From NCBI GenBank assembly GCA_965215105.1, contig OZ244051.1, forward strand, positions 3,074,896-3,138,895: 64,000 nt of DNA, in the 5' to 3' direction. Position 1 is the stretch's first letter. Every line of letters starts with the position of its first letter. The DNA comes from Vicinamibacterales bacterium. GTDB taxonomy: Bacteria > Acidobacteriota > Vicinamibacteria > Vicinamibacterales > UBA8438. A program made the position numbers and the translations under genes. The notes beneath the pieces are model-generated. The model searched no databases. It was not told the origin of the DNA and worked only from the letters and a program-made list of their open reading frames with translations. Below, piece by piece: positions 1 to 9,082 of the stretch.

Positions 1-491
1 CACGAGCAGCGCGGCCGGCCCGGCGACGAGCATCACAACGGATCGCTCCGTCCCGGGGTCGAGTGACGGGATCTTCATGTGCTTCCGATCGACGAGTGCT
101 CCTTCCAGCCCCTTCGCTCGCCTTGCCGCTCTCTTGCCGTGGGGGCCGAGGCGAGCTCCCCGCGAACCCGATCCGGCCACTGCCTCGGGAACCATGAGGT
201 CGACGGGAATCCCATCCGGGCTCGACCACGCGCCGGGATGCTCCCCGAGCGAGAAGCCGCGCGCCTCGAGTAGTCCGGGCAGGAGGGGCTCGTCCGTCAG
301 CACTTCCGGCGCTACGCAGAAGTCGACGTCGTGGTGTACTCCGCGACAGCGAAGTCGGCGCGGCCGGTGTGGAGATAGATGGCCTGAGCACCGACGAGCA
401 CGAGCGCATCGAACTGTTCGGTCAGCGCATCGGCGGCGTCGAGCAGCGCAGTGCGGGCGCGGACGTACGGTGGCTCAAGACCGCCAGACAT
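1..491 (-). pseudogene. Nucleotidyltransferase-fold protein (AbiEii/GSU2403-like toxin); runs off the window edge and has an apparent frameshift
   Basis: ATG at 491 overlaps the upstream gene stop (475-477). Translation MSGGLEPPYVRARTALLDAADAL..LVGAQAIYLHTGRADFAVAEYTT hits TAG at 312-314. The motif continues in another frame as (H)DVDFCVAPEVLTDEPLL...IPVDLMVPEAV. The hG..x..T.DVDF nucleotidyltransferase motif spans the break near 320-335. Confidence 0.5.
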
Positions 492-1554
492 GCTCGTTCC
501 TCTTCATCCACGCCAGCATCTCTTCGCCCTGCGATGGTTCCCGGCCGGGTCCGGTCAGCAGGTCGACGGCGAGCTGGCTGGGGGCGACGCAGCGAAGACC
601 GTCTCGTTCGACCGTCCGATCGAAGACGACCGGGTCGAGAGGCTCGAGGAGCACCACGTTGGCGCCGGCTTCGGTCTCGCGGAGATCCAGGCCGTGGATG
701 GCCTGGCTCGGGTCGGTGACGTAGATGGCCGCCAGCCTTGCAGGCGCGATGGGGTCGAATCGCTGAGCCGCGAGAGCGCCGGTCGCGGCGTACGCGAAGT
801 TCATCGCGCGGAGCTTGTTCTCGAGGACCGGCAGGCCCCGCGGCTCAAGCACCGTGGTTGGCCTATTGGAGTCGGTCTGGTCGTAGTCCTCGGCCCACCG
901 GCGAATGGCGGCCTGCCAGTCGACCGTCGAGACGGCGCCGCGGACACGGGTCACGATTGCCTCTCGTTCGAGCAGGTCCAGCACGCGGGACAGGGTCGGC
1001 GCCGACGCGCCGGTCGATTGAGCCAGCTCGCGGACACCGTACGGAGGAGCTGTATCGATGATGGCCCTCATGGCTCGGGCGGCACCCCGACCCCGCAGGG
1101 ACCGGAGCTTGTGATCTCTTGGCCAGGGGTCGCGCTCGGCCCCGTCGGTGGAAACGAACAGCCCCGGCGCAGAGATCTCGATTCGGGCGTTGCCCGTGAT
1201 GTCGACGTAGCCGACCCCACGGGCGCGAAGCAGGGCCCGGGTGCGAGGGGAGAGATAGGCGGACCCCACAACGGGCACGGCGCGCGGCGATGTGTCGGCC
1301 GTGATCGTCGAGAGCCGCTCGACTGCCTGGAGAACGTCGCGCGGCTCGAGCGTTCGCTTGATCTCGACGGCAAGGACCGCGCTCGCGCCCCCTGGTGATG
1401 CGATCTCCGCCAGCAGATCGACGCGGTACCGACCGAGCGCTTCGGCCCGCCGGGCTTGGAGCGACCAGCCGGCCGGAATTCGGTCAGCCAGAAAGCGCTC
1501 GAGCTGGCGCTCGAGCTGCATTCCGGTCGGGGGCTGCTTGTCGGTCACAGGCAT
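475..1554 (-). CDS. AbiEi-like antitoxin/regulator with an N-terminal PD-(D/E)xK-like region and a winged HTH
   Basis: RYRVDLLAEI...LAVEIKR resembles a D..ExK nuclease core. GVRELAQSTGASAPTLSRVLDLLEREAIVTR is a wHTH. ATG at 1554 is preceded by GGAAGAGGA and chosen over the GTG at 1638. The gene overlaps the downstream nucleotidyltransferase gene. Confidence 0.65.
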   Translation of the reverse strand: MPVTDKQPPTGMQLERQLERFLADRIPAGWSLQARRAEALGRYRVDLLAEIASPGGASAVLAVEIKRTLEPRDVLQAVERLSTITADTSPRAVPVVGSAYLSPRTRALLRARGVGYVDITGNARIEISAPGLFVSTDGAERDPWPRDHKLRSLRGRGAARAMRAIIDTAPPYGVRELAQSTGASAPTLSRVLDLLEREAIVTRVRGAVSTVDWQAAIRRWAEDYDQTDSNRPTTVLEPRGLPVLENKLRAMNFAYAATGALAAQRFDPIAPARLAAIYVTDPSQAIHGLDLRETEAGANVVLLEPLDPVVFDRTVERDGLRCVAPSQLAVDLLTGPGREPSQGEEMLAWMKRNEHVWRS

Positions 1555-1584
1555 GAGATCCTCTTCCAGCGCGGCGTTCCGAGT

Positions 1585-1613
1585 ATTGTAGCGTTTCGGC
1601 ATGAGCGAAACAA
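1585..1613 (-). promoter_or_regulatory. Putative sigma70-type promoter for the AbiE-like operon
   Basis: On the minus strand: TTGTTT (1613-1608), a 17-nt spacer, then TACAAT (1590-1585). It sits in a locally AT-rich patch about 30 nt upstream of the RBS and ATG at 1554. Confidence 0.4.
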
Positions 1614-1660
1614 TCTGTTTCAAGAAACGACGTGTCACTCGAGTCCGAACCGACCGGGAG

Positions 1661-2066
1661 CGTGGCCAACGGGAGCCCCCTCAACCCGGCGCGCGACCCC
1701 ACTCGGCCTTCGAGGGACTGGCGGGCGAGACCGTCCTCCTTACGGACTCCTCACGGTGAACGACCGGCCGACGGTAGACGACGCCCGCGAGGTCGTCGTG
1801 ACGACGCTGACGGGCGGAGGCGACGCTCCGGATGCGCGACTGGATCAAGCAGAAACCGCCTGGGTGTCGGCGAGGGGTCGGGCGGCCGCATCGGCCGCAT
1901 CGGCTACGTGTACGGGCGAGCTGACCAAGGGAAACGACTTGCAACTCGACGCCGCGGTCGCGGAGCCCATGCGCCGCATCGGGGAGAATCCCCCGGCCCT
2001 GCCCGCGCCGCCCGCCGACGAGCGCCGGATCGTCACCGACTCCAACGGCGGGGATGGGAACCGTCA
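1661..2066 (+). pseudogene. Degenerate, internally deleted copy of the tricorn protease 3' end
   Basis: It aligns by eye to 6131-6976. The segment matching about 6363-6823 is missing, with the junction near 1914. There are small extra insertions: 10 bp tacggactcc at about 1741 and a 9-bp duplication gccgcatcg at about 1890. No intact reading frame remains. Confidence 0.8.
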
Positions 2067-2294
2067 AACGTCAGCGCCGCCTCTGCGCCACCCCAACGTG
2101 GCAATTCCTGCACCCGTCGGCGCTCGCCACCGGCGTTCCCCGTGCAACTCGGGCCGTTCCGCGTTTGGCCCCGTTCTTGCTCCGTGAAGCACCTCGTCCA
2201 CGGCCTGCCGGCCCCGGGTCGTTCTCGCGCCGCCGAGCACGCCGCACGCCCCGCACGCCGCAGGTGCGGAGTCGGGACGGCACCAGGAGCAGGA

Positions 2295-3320
2295 ATACAC
2301 GACTCCGCCTACAAGCTCTTGTTCTCGCGCCCGCGCATGGTCCGCGACCTGCTCGACGGCTTCGCCGCCCGAAGCTGGAGCGGCGTTTTCGACTTCGAGT
2401 CGCTGGCCCCCCTGCCCGCCAGCTTCGTCGGCCGGGAGCTCCAGCAGCGCCACGGCGACCTCATCTGGCGCGTCCGCTTCCGCAACGACCGCTGGCTCTA
2501 CCTGGTCCTGCTCCTCGAGTTCCAGTCCACCGTCGAACCGGCGATGGCGGTGCGCATCCTGGAGTACACCGCATTGCTCTACCGGCGGCTGGTCGCTCAC
2601 GGCGTGCTCCGAGAACACGGGGCCCTGCCGCCGGTGCTGCCCGTCGTCCTCTACAACGGCCGGCGGCGGTGGACGGCGCCGGTCGAGGTGACGAACCTGC
2701 TGGCGGCGGGAAGCGACGTGCTGGCGCCGTACCAGCCGTCGCAGCGATACTATGTTCTGGACGTGGCGCGCGCGCCGGACGCCGAACTGCCGGCGGGCAA
2801 CCTGGTGTCGGCGCTCATCGGTCTGGAGAAGACGCGCGACGCGGCGGGCCTGCGCGAGGCGCTGAAGGTGCTGTCCGACCTTCTGCGGAAACAGAAGGAC
2901 GATGCGTTGACGCAGGCTTTCGTGACGTGGCTGCACCAGGGGCTGCGGCATGCGGGTCGGCTGCCGGCGGACGGGGAGAACCCGTTGGCGCAGTTGCAGG
3001 AGACGCAGACGATGCTGGAAGAGACCGTGCGGGAATGGACGCGTGAATGGCTCGAGCAGGGCATCGCCCGGGGCATCGAGAAGGGCATCGAGCAAGGACG
3101 CGCCCAAGGCATCGAGCAGGGCCGCCAAGAAGAGCGAGCGCTGCTCTGCCGTCTGGCGGCCCGGAAGTTCGATGCCGGGGCCGCCGAGGGACTGGCCGCC
3201 GCCCTGGCCGGCGTCACCCACCCGGACCGCCTTGCGCGGGTCGGCGACTGGATCATCGAGTGCGCGACGGCGCCCGATCTGCTGGCCCGCGTCCGCGGCG
3301 ACAACGGGCCGGGCGGCTGA
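2295..3320 (+). CDS. Rpn/YhgA-like PD-(D/E)xK recombination-promoting nuclease (putative transposase), copy 1; canonical start codon is ATA
   Basis: AYKLLFSRPRMVRDLL, GDLIWRVRF...LYLVLLLEFQS (D...ExQ core) and a C-terminal GIEQG repeat with a DUF4351-like tail. The position homologous to the copy-2 ATG (7399) reads ATA at 2295-2297. Confidence 0.65.
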   Translation: MHDSAYKLLFSRPRMVRDLLDGFAARSWSGVFDFESLAPLPASFVGRELQQRHGDLIWRVRFRNDRWLYLVLLLEFQSTVEPAMAVRILEYTALLYRRLVAHGVLREHGALPPVLPVVLYNGRRRWTAPVEVTNLLAAGSDVLAPYQPSQRYYVLDVARAPDAELPAGNLVSALIGLEKTRDAAGLREALKVLSDLLRKQKDDALTQAFVTWLHQGLRHAGRLPADGENPLAQLQETQTMLEETVREWTREWLEQGIARGIEKGIEQGRAQGIEQGRQEERALLCRLAARKFDAGAAEGLAAALAGVTHPDRLARVGDWIIECATAPDLLARVRGDNGPGG

Positions 3321-3661
3321 GGCGCCGGCGGCGGGACCCGGCGGCGACGCGGCATCGCCGTCGAACGCGAACGGATCGCGCGTTGGGCGCCCCCGACGAC
3401 AGCTCACTTTTCGACGCGCACCCCCACCGGACCGTTCCCTCTTGCGGCCGGTACGACAACACCGCGGAGCGTGCGGTCGCGGCGCAGCTTCATCGCGGCG
3501 CAGCTTCAATCCGAAACCGGTTCGACAGTCGAGGGAGCTCCGCGGTCGCCCGCTGGTCGTCGGTGCCAGGAGATGAACGAAGCCGGTCGACCGCACGTCC
3601 AAACGGGCACGGAGCAGGAACGAAAACGGGGGCGCGGGGTCCAAACGTCCCAGGGGAAGAG

Positions 3662-6600
3662 ATGCGCTACTTCACCGCTACGCTGACGCTGCTGTTTTCG
3701 CTGGGCGCCACGCTCACGTGGGCCCAGATCGACGCCCGGATGCTGCGCTATCCCGACGTCTCGGAGACGCAGATCGCCTTCGTCTACGCGGGCGACATCT
3801 GGGTGGTGACCAAGGAGGGCGGCTCGGCCCGCAAGCTGAGCTCGCCGCCCGGGGAGGAGTCCTTCCCGCGATTCTCGCCCGACGGCGCGCAGATCGCCTT
3901 CAGCGGCAACTACAACGGCAACAACGACATCTACGTCGTGCCGACCCTGGGCGGCGCGCCGTTCCGCATCACGCACCATCCGGGCGACGACCGGGTCCTC
4001 GACTGGACGCCGGACGGCCGGGGCGTCCTCCTCGCCTCCAACCGGCGGAGCGGGCTGCCCTCCTTCCGGCAGATCTATCGCGTCGCGGCCGAGGGCGGTC
4101 AGCCCGAGCGGCTCGCCGTGCCGTACGGGGAGTTCGGCGCCCTGTCGCCCGACGGACGGCGCATCGCCTACACCCCGGAGACCCGCGGGTTCCGGACGTG
4201 GAAGCGCTACCGGGGCGGGGCGGCGCCCGAGATCTGGCTCCTCGATCTCGAGACGCTCGACGCCGAGAACGTCAGCGACAGCCCGGCCAACGACGCCCAG
4301 CCGATGTGGCACGGCGACACGTTGTACTTCCTCTCGGATCGCGGGCCGGCCCAGCGGTACAACATCTGGGCCCACGACCTGGCGACCGGCTCGAAGCGGC
4401 AGGTGACCACCTTCACCGACTTCGACATCACGTTTCCCGCCATCGGGCCGTCGGACCTGGTCTTCCAGGCCGGGGGCCGGCTCTTTCGCCTGGACTTGGC
4501 CACCGAGCGGGTCTCGGCGGTGGAGGTCGACGTGGTGACCGATCTGGCCGCCCTGGTGCCGCGCACCGCGGACGTGGCGAACCGCATCGCCTCGGCGGGG
4601 ATCTCGCCGACCGGGCAGCGCGCGGTGTTCGAGGCGCGGGGCGAGATCTTCACGGTCCCCGCCCGGCACGGCGCGGTTCGGAACCTGACCCACTCGTCGG
4701 GCGCGGCGGATCGATTCCCGGCCTGGTCACCCGACGGCCGGTGGATCGCCTCGTGGAGCGACAGCGGGGGCGAGTACGAGCTGACGCTGCATCGGGCCGA
4801 CGGCGCCGGCGAGCCGCAGGTCGTGACGGCGCTCGGACCGGGGTTCCGCTACCGGCCGTTCTGGGCCCCCGACAGCACCAAGCTCGCCTTCATCGACCAC
4901 ACGCAGCGCATCTACGTCTTCGACCGCGAGACCGGGGCGCTGACGGAGGTCGACCGGGGGCTGCACATGCTCCATGGCGCGCTGGCCGGCTTCGAGCTGA
5001 GCTGGTCGCACGACAGCCGCTGGGTCGCCTGGTCCCGGGGGCTCGAGACCACCAACAGCGCCGTCTTCCTCTTCGATACCGAGGCCGGAGAGCGGTTCCA
5101 GGTGACCTCCGGCTACTACAACGACTTCCGGCCGGTCTTCGACCCCGCCGGGAAGCACCTCTACTACTATTCGAACCGGACGCTCGCTCCGGTCTACTCC
5201 GATCTCGACGCCACCTGGGTCTACCCCAACGCCACGAACGTCGTGGCGGCGACCCTGCGCGACGACGTGCCGTCCCCCCTCGCGCCCCGAAACGACGAGG
5301 AGCCGGTGGCGGAGGACGACGACGAGGCCGAGCCCGGCGAAGAGGCAGCCGAGGAGGCGGACGACGACGGGCCCGGGTCGGACGGCGAGGACGACGCCGC
5401 GACGACGCCGCTCGACATCGACGTCGACGGCTTCGAGAGCCGGGCCGTGATGCTGCCGGTCGAGGCCGGGAACTTCGGCCGCCTGCGGGCGGTCGACGGC
5501 AAGGTCGTCTTCCACCGGAGACCGCACGCCGGCGGCGCCGGCGATCAGCCGAGCCCCATCGTCGCCTACGACCTCGAGGAACGGGAAGAGCAGACCATCC
5601 TGCCCGACGGAGACAGCTTCGAGATCTCGGCGGATGGAAAGAAGCTGCTCGTGTCGAACGAGCGATCGTGGGCGATCGTCGACGTCGCGCCGGGACAGAC
5701 CCTGGAAGACCGCCTGGCCACCAACGCGCTGACGATGACCCTCGACCCGCCGGCCGAGTGGCGGCAGATGTTCGACGAGGTGTGGCGCACCTATCGAGAC
5801 TACTTCTATGACGACGACCTGCACGGCCTCGACTGGAACGGACTGCGGGCGCAATACGGCGGCCTGATCGACCAGGCGGTCACGCGCTGGGACGTCAACT
5901 TCCTGATCGGGGAGCTCATCGGCGAGGTCAATGCGTCGCACACCTACGTCGGCGGGGGCGACACCGAGACGCCGCGTCGGCGTGGGGTCGGTCTGCTCGG
6001 CGTCGACTGGTCGCTGGAGAACGACGCGTACCGCATCGCCCGGATCGTGCGGGGCGCACCCTGGGACATCGAGGACCGATCTCCGCTCGACGAGCCCGGC
6101 GTCGACGTCGACAAAGGGGACTACCTGCTCGCCGTCAACGGGAACCCCCTCGACCCGGCGCGCGACCCGTACTCGGCCTTCGAGGGGCTGGCGGGCGAGA
6201 CCGTCCTCCTCACGGTGAACGACCGGCCGACGGTCGACGACGCCCGCGAGGTCGTCGTGACGACGTTGAGGAGCGAGGCGACGCTCCGGATGCGCGACTG
6301 GATCGAGCAGAACCGCCTGCGGGTCGACGACGCGTCGGGCGGCCGCATCGGCTACGTGTACGTGCCGAACACGGGGGTCCCGGGCCAGACCGAGCTGGTG
6401 CGGCAGTTCAACCACCAGCACGACAAGGACGGGCTGATCATCGACGAGCGGTGGAACGGCGGCGGCCAGTTGCCGGATCGCTTCGTCGAGCTGATGAACC
6501 GGGAGACGGTCGGCCACATCTACTTCCGGCACGGGGCGACCGCGCGTCACCCGACCATCACCCATCGCGGGCACAAGGCGATGCTGATCAACGGCCAGGC

Positions 6601-6976
6601 CGGTTCGGGAGGCGATGCGTTCCCGTGGTTCTTCCGCGAGATGGACGCAGGCGTCCTCGTGGGCGAGCGCACGTGGGGCGGCCTCATCGGCCCCGCCTCG
6701 GGACATCAGCTCATAGACGGCGGCTTCTACACCGCGCCGCCCGGGCGGCTCTACCGAAACGACGGACGGTGGTTCGCGGAAGGTCACGGGGTCGAGCCGG
6801 ACATCGCGGTGGCGGATCACCCCGGCGAGCTGGCCAAGGGGAACGACCCGCAACTCGACGCCGCCGTCGCGGAGCTCATGCGCCGGATCCGGGAGAATCC
6901 TCCGGCCCTGCCCCCGCCGCCCGGTGACGAGCGCCGGGTCGTCACCGATTCCAACGGCGGGAACGAGGACCGTTAG
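3662..6976 (+). CDS. Tricorn protease homologue (S41-type, beta-propeller + PDZ + peptidase), secreted
   Basis: MRYFTATLTLLFSLGATLTWAQ signal peptide. MLRYPDVSETQIAFVYAGDIWVV is a tricorn N-terminal signature. Repeated SPDG propeller motifs and a C-terminal DERWNGGG peptidase region are present. The upstream part of the 3047 ORF is discarded. Confidence 0.85.
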   Translation: MRYFTATLTLLFSLGATLTWAQIDARMLRYPDVSETQIAFVYAGDIWVVTKEGGSARKLSSPPGEESFPRFSPDGAQIAFSGNYNGNNDIYVVPTLGGAPFRITHHPGDDRVLDWTPDGRGVLLASNRRSGLPSFRQIYRVAAEGGQPERLAVPYGEFGALSPDGRRIAYTPETRGFRTWKRYRGGAAPEIWLLDLETLDAENVSDSPANDAQPMWHGDTLYFLSDRGPAQRYNIWAHDLATGSKRQVTTFTDFDITFPAIGPSDLVFQAGGRLFRLDLATERVSAVEVDVVTDLAALVPRTADVANRIASAGISPTGQRAVFEARGEIFTVPARHGAVRNLTHSSGAADRFPAWSPDGRWIASWSDSGGEYELTLHRADGAGEPQVVTALGPGFRYRPFWAPDSTKLAFIDHTQRIYVFDRETGALTEVDRGLHMLHGALAGFELSWSHDSRWVAWSRGLETTNSAVFLFDTEAGERFQVTSGYYNDFRPVFDPAGKHLYYYSNRTLAPVYSDLDATWVYPNATNVVAATLRDDVPSPLAPRNDEEPVAEDDDEAEPGEEAAEEADDDGPGSDGEDDAATTPLDIDVDGFESRAVMLPVEAGNFGRLRAVDGKVVFHRRPHAGGAGDQPSPIVAYDLEEREEQTILPDGDSFEISADGKKLLVSNERSWAIVDVAPGQTLEDRLATNALTMTLDPPAEWRQMFDEVWRTYRDYFYDDDLHGLDWNGLRAQYGGLIDQAVTRWDVNFLIGELIGEVNASHTYVGGGDTETPRRRGVGLLGVDWSLENDAYRIARIVRGAPWDIEDRSPLDEPGVDVDKGDYLLAVNGNPLDPARDPYSAFEGLAGETVLLTVNDRPTVDDAREVVVTTLRSEATLRMRDWIEQNRLRVDDASGGRIGYVYVPNTGVPGQTELVRQFNHQHDKDGLIIDERWNGGGQLPDRFVELMNRETVGHIYFRHGATARHPTITHRGHKAMLINGQAGSGGDAFPWFFREMDAGVLVGERTWGGLIGPASGHQLIDGGFYTAPPGRLYRNDGRWFAEGHGVEPDIAVADHPGELAKGNDPQLDAAVAELMRRIRENPPALPPPPGDERRVVTDSNGGNEDR

Positions 6977-7398
6977 CTGAACGCGGGTCCATGTGCGCAG
7001 GCTGGGGCAGATCCACCTCGCGCCGGGAGTTCGGGTGTCGTTGATTGAGCAGGGATCGCCGGATCCCCCTTGGTCCCTGCCCGGCACGCGTGGATTTGTC
7101 TTGTCCGACCGCGCGGGTGCTCGACAGTACCCTTGCGCCCCTTGCGCCCTCCAAGGTCCCCGGCACGTTGACGTCAACGCACCTCTGCGCCGCCCCGGCG
7201 TGGCAATTCCTGCACCCGCCGGCCCCCGCCACCGGCTCGTCCCATGCAACTCGGGCCGTTCCGCGTTTGGCCCCGTTCTTGCTCCCTGAAGCACCTCGTC
7301 CACGGCCTGCCGGCCCCGGGTCGCCCCCGCGACCCTCCGAGCGCGCCGCACGCCCCGCACGTCTCGGGTGTGGACTCCGGACGTCGCCGGGAGCACGA

Positions 7399-8495
7399 AT
7401 GCAGGACGCCGCCTACAAGCTCTTGTTCTCGCGCCCGCGCATGGTCCACGACCTGCTCGACGGCTTCGCCGCCCGAAGCTGGAGCGGCGTCCTCGACTTC
7501 GAGTCGCTGGCCCCCCTGCCCGCCAGCTTCGTCGGCCGGGAGCTCCAGCAGCGCCACGGCGACCTCATCTGGCGCGTCCGCTTCCGCGACGACCGCTGGC
7601 TCTACCTGGTCCTGCTCCTCGAGTTCCAGTCCAGGAGTCTGTGCCGTGAAACGGCGCGGATTCCTGGAGGGTTGGTTGGGCGCCCAGCGGAGCCGCAGGC
7701 GACGATGGGCGGGCTACCGTCGACCCAGCGATGGCGGTGCGCATCCTGGAGTACACCGCGCTGCTCTACCGGCGGCTGGTCGACCACGACGTGCTCCGAG
7801 AACACGGGGCCCTGCCGCCGGTGCTGCCCGTCGTCCTCTACAACGGCCGGCGGCGGTGGACGGCGCCGGTCGAGGTGACGAACCTGCTGGCGGCGGGGAG
7901 CGAAGTGCTGGCGCCGTACCAGCCGTCGCAGCGATACTATGTTCTGGACGTGGCGCGCGTGGCGGACGCGGACCTGCCGGCGGGCAATCTGGTGTCTGCG
8001 CTCATCGGTCTGGAGAAGACGCGCGACGCGGCGGGCCTGCGCGAGGCGCTGAAGGTGCTGTCCGACCTTCTGCGGAAACAGAAGGACGACGCGTTGACGC
8101 GGGCATTCGTGACGTGGCTGCACCACGGGCTGCGGCATGCGGGCCGGCTGCCGGCGGACGGGGAGGACCCGTTGGCGCAGTTGCAGGAGACGCAGACGAT
8201 GCTGGAAGAGACCGTGCGGGAATGGACGCGTGAATGGCTCGAGCAGGGCCGCGCCCAGGGCATCGAGCAGGGCCGCATCCAGGGCATCGAGCAGGGCCGC
8301 CACGAAGAACGGGCGCTGCTCTGCCGTCTGGCGGCCCGGAAATTCGACGCCGGGGCCGTCGAGGGGCTGGCCGCCGCCCTGGCCGGCGTCACCGACCCGG
8401 ACCGCCTTGCGCGCGTCGGCGACTGGATCATCGAGTGCGCGACGGCGTCGGAGCTGCTGGCCCGCGTCCGCGGCGACAACGGGCCGGGCGGCTGA
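7399..8495 (+). pseudogene. Rpn/YhgA-like nuclease, copy 2, interrupted by an 83-bp insertion
   Basis: MQDAAYKLLFSRPRMVHDLL...LLLEFQS is followed by a frame break. The remainder (MAVRILEYTALLYRR... to GDNGPGG) is in the ORF 7731-8495. Confidence 0.8.
7633..7715 (+). other. 83-bp insertion of unknown origin inside rpn copy 2
   Basis: Absent from copy 1, which reads gagttccagtcc|accgtcgaacc. It contains the hairpin gccgtGAAacggc and the 10-bp palindrome tgggcgccca. Its length is not a multiple of 3. Confidence 0.8.
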
Positions 8496-8977
8496 GGCGC
8501 CGGCGGCGGGGACCCGGCGGCGGCGCGGCATCGGCGTCGAACGCGACCGGATCGCGCGTTTGAGCGCCCCGACATCTTCTCACCTCTCGACGCGCACCCC
8601 TGCCCGACCGTTCCCCCTTGCGGCTTCTCGGACGACAACACCGCGGAGCGAGCGTCGTGGCGCAGCTTCAACCCAACCGGGCCGCTTGACGTCGATCTCC
8701 AGACGGAGCAGCACACCTCGTCGGGCGTGCGGCCCGCTGCTGAACCACGTGCAAGCGTTGGCGTCTCCCGAGAACGCTGTACCCCCGTTCGTGACGACCT
8801 CGACAGCCGGGAACCCGCGCCCGGCGGTCGACGCATTCGTCGTCGCCAACGTCGCTACGGGAGTCTGACCCCGAACTTCGTCTATCATGACGCCCGCGAG
8901 GTCAAGCCGGCGCTCGCCGGGGGCCTTGCGAGGAAGGCGTCTGGCAGTCAGCGCCAACACCGCGGGATGAGGTGCCG

Positions 8978-9082
8978 CCGGGAACGTCATGACCGTTGAT
9001 TCCAAGTCCCGAAGGACCGCCGCCGCACCGGACTTCCACATCGCGCGGTGCTACCGGGAACGTCATGACCGTTGATTCCAAG
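8978..9082 (+). repeat. 29-bp direct repeat (8978-9006 and 9054-9082) duplicating the SNF2 gene start region
   Basis: ccgggaacgtcatgaccgttgattccaag occurs twice, 76 bp apart. Each copy carries an ATG. Confidence 0.9.

Larger units (their letters stand above)
1661..3525 (+). repeat. Segmental duplication copy A (protease 3' fragment + intergenic + rpn-like gene + about 200 bp downstream)
   Basis: Long near-identical stretches are shared with 6131-8680. Confidence 0.85.
6131..8680 (+). repeat. Segmental duplication copy B
   Basis: Counterpart of 1661-3525. It contains the intact protease 3' end and rpn copy 2. Confidence 0.85.

Noticed and set aside
3060-3125. GIE(K/Q)G(R) peptide repeats at the rpn C-terminus as a separate DNA repeat element.
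   Set aside because: They lie in frame within the coding sequence of all three copies and are typical of the coiled C-terminal region of this protein family.
1632-3320. The 562-aa ORF taken as one protein.
   Set aside because: Only the last roughly 340 aa match the Rpn/YhgA pattern. The upstream part reads through the degenerate protease fragment and a conserved non-coding spacer.
3047-3661. An N-terminal extension of the tricorn protease ORF (the track starts it at 3047).
   Set aside because: The extension is low-complexity Arg/Gly sequence. A good signal peptide starts at the ATG at 3662.
7167-7178. A perfect 12-bp palindrome gttgacgtcaac in the spacer upstream of rpn copy 2, degenerate in copy 1.
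   Set aside because: It could be an operator, but a single occurrence with no partner regulator or repeat gives no support beyond chance.
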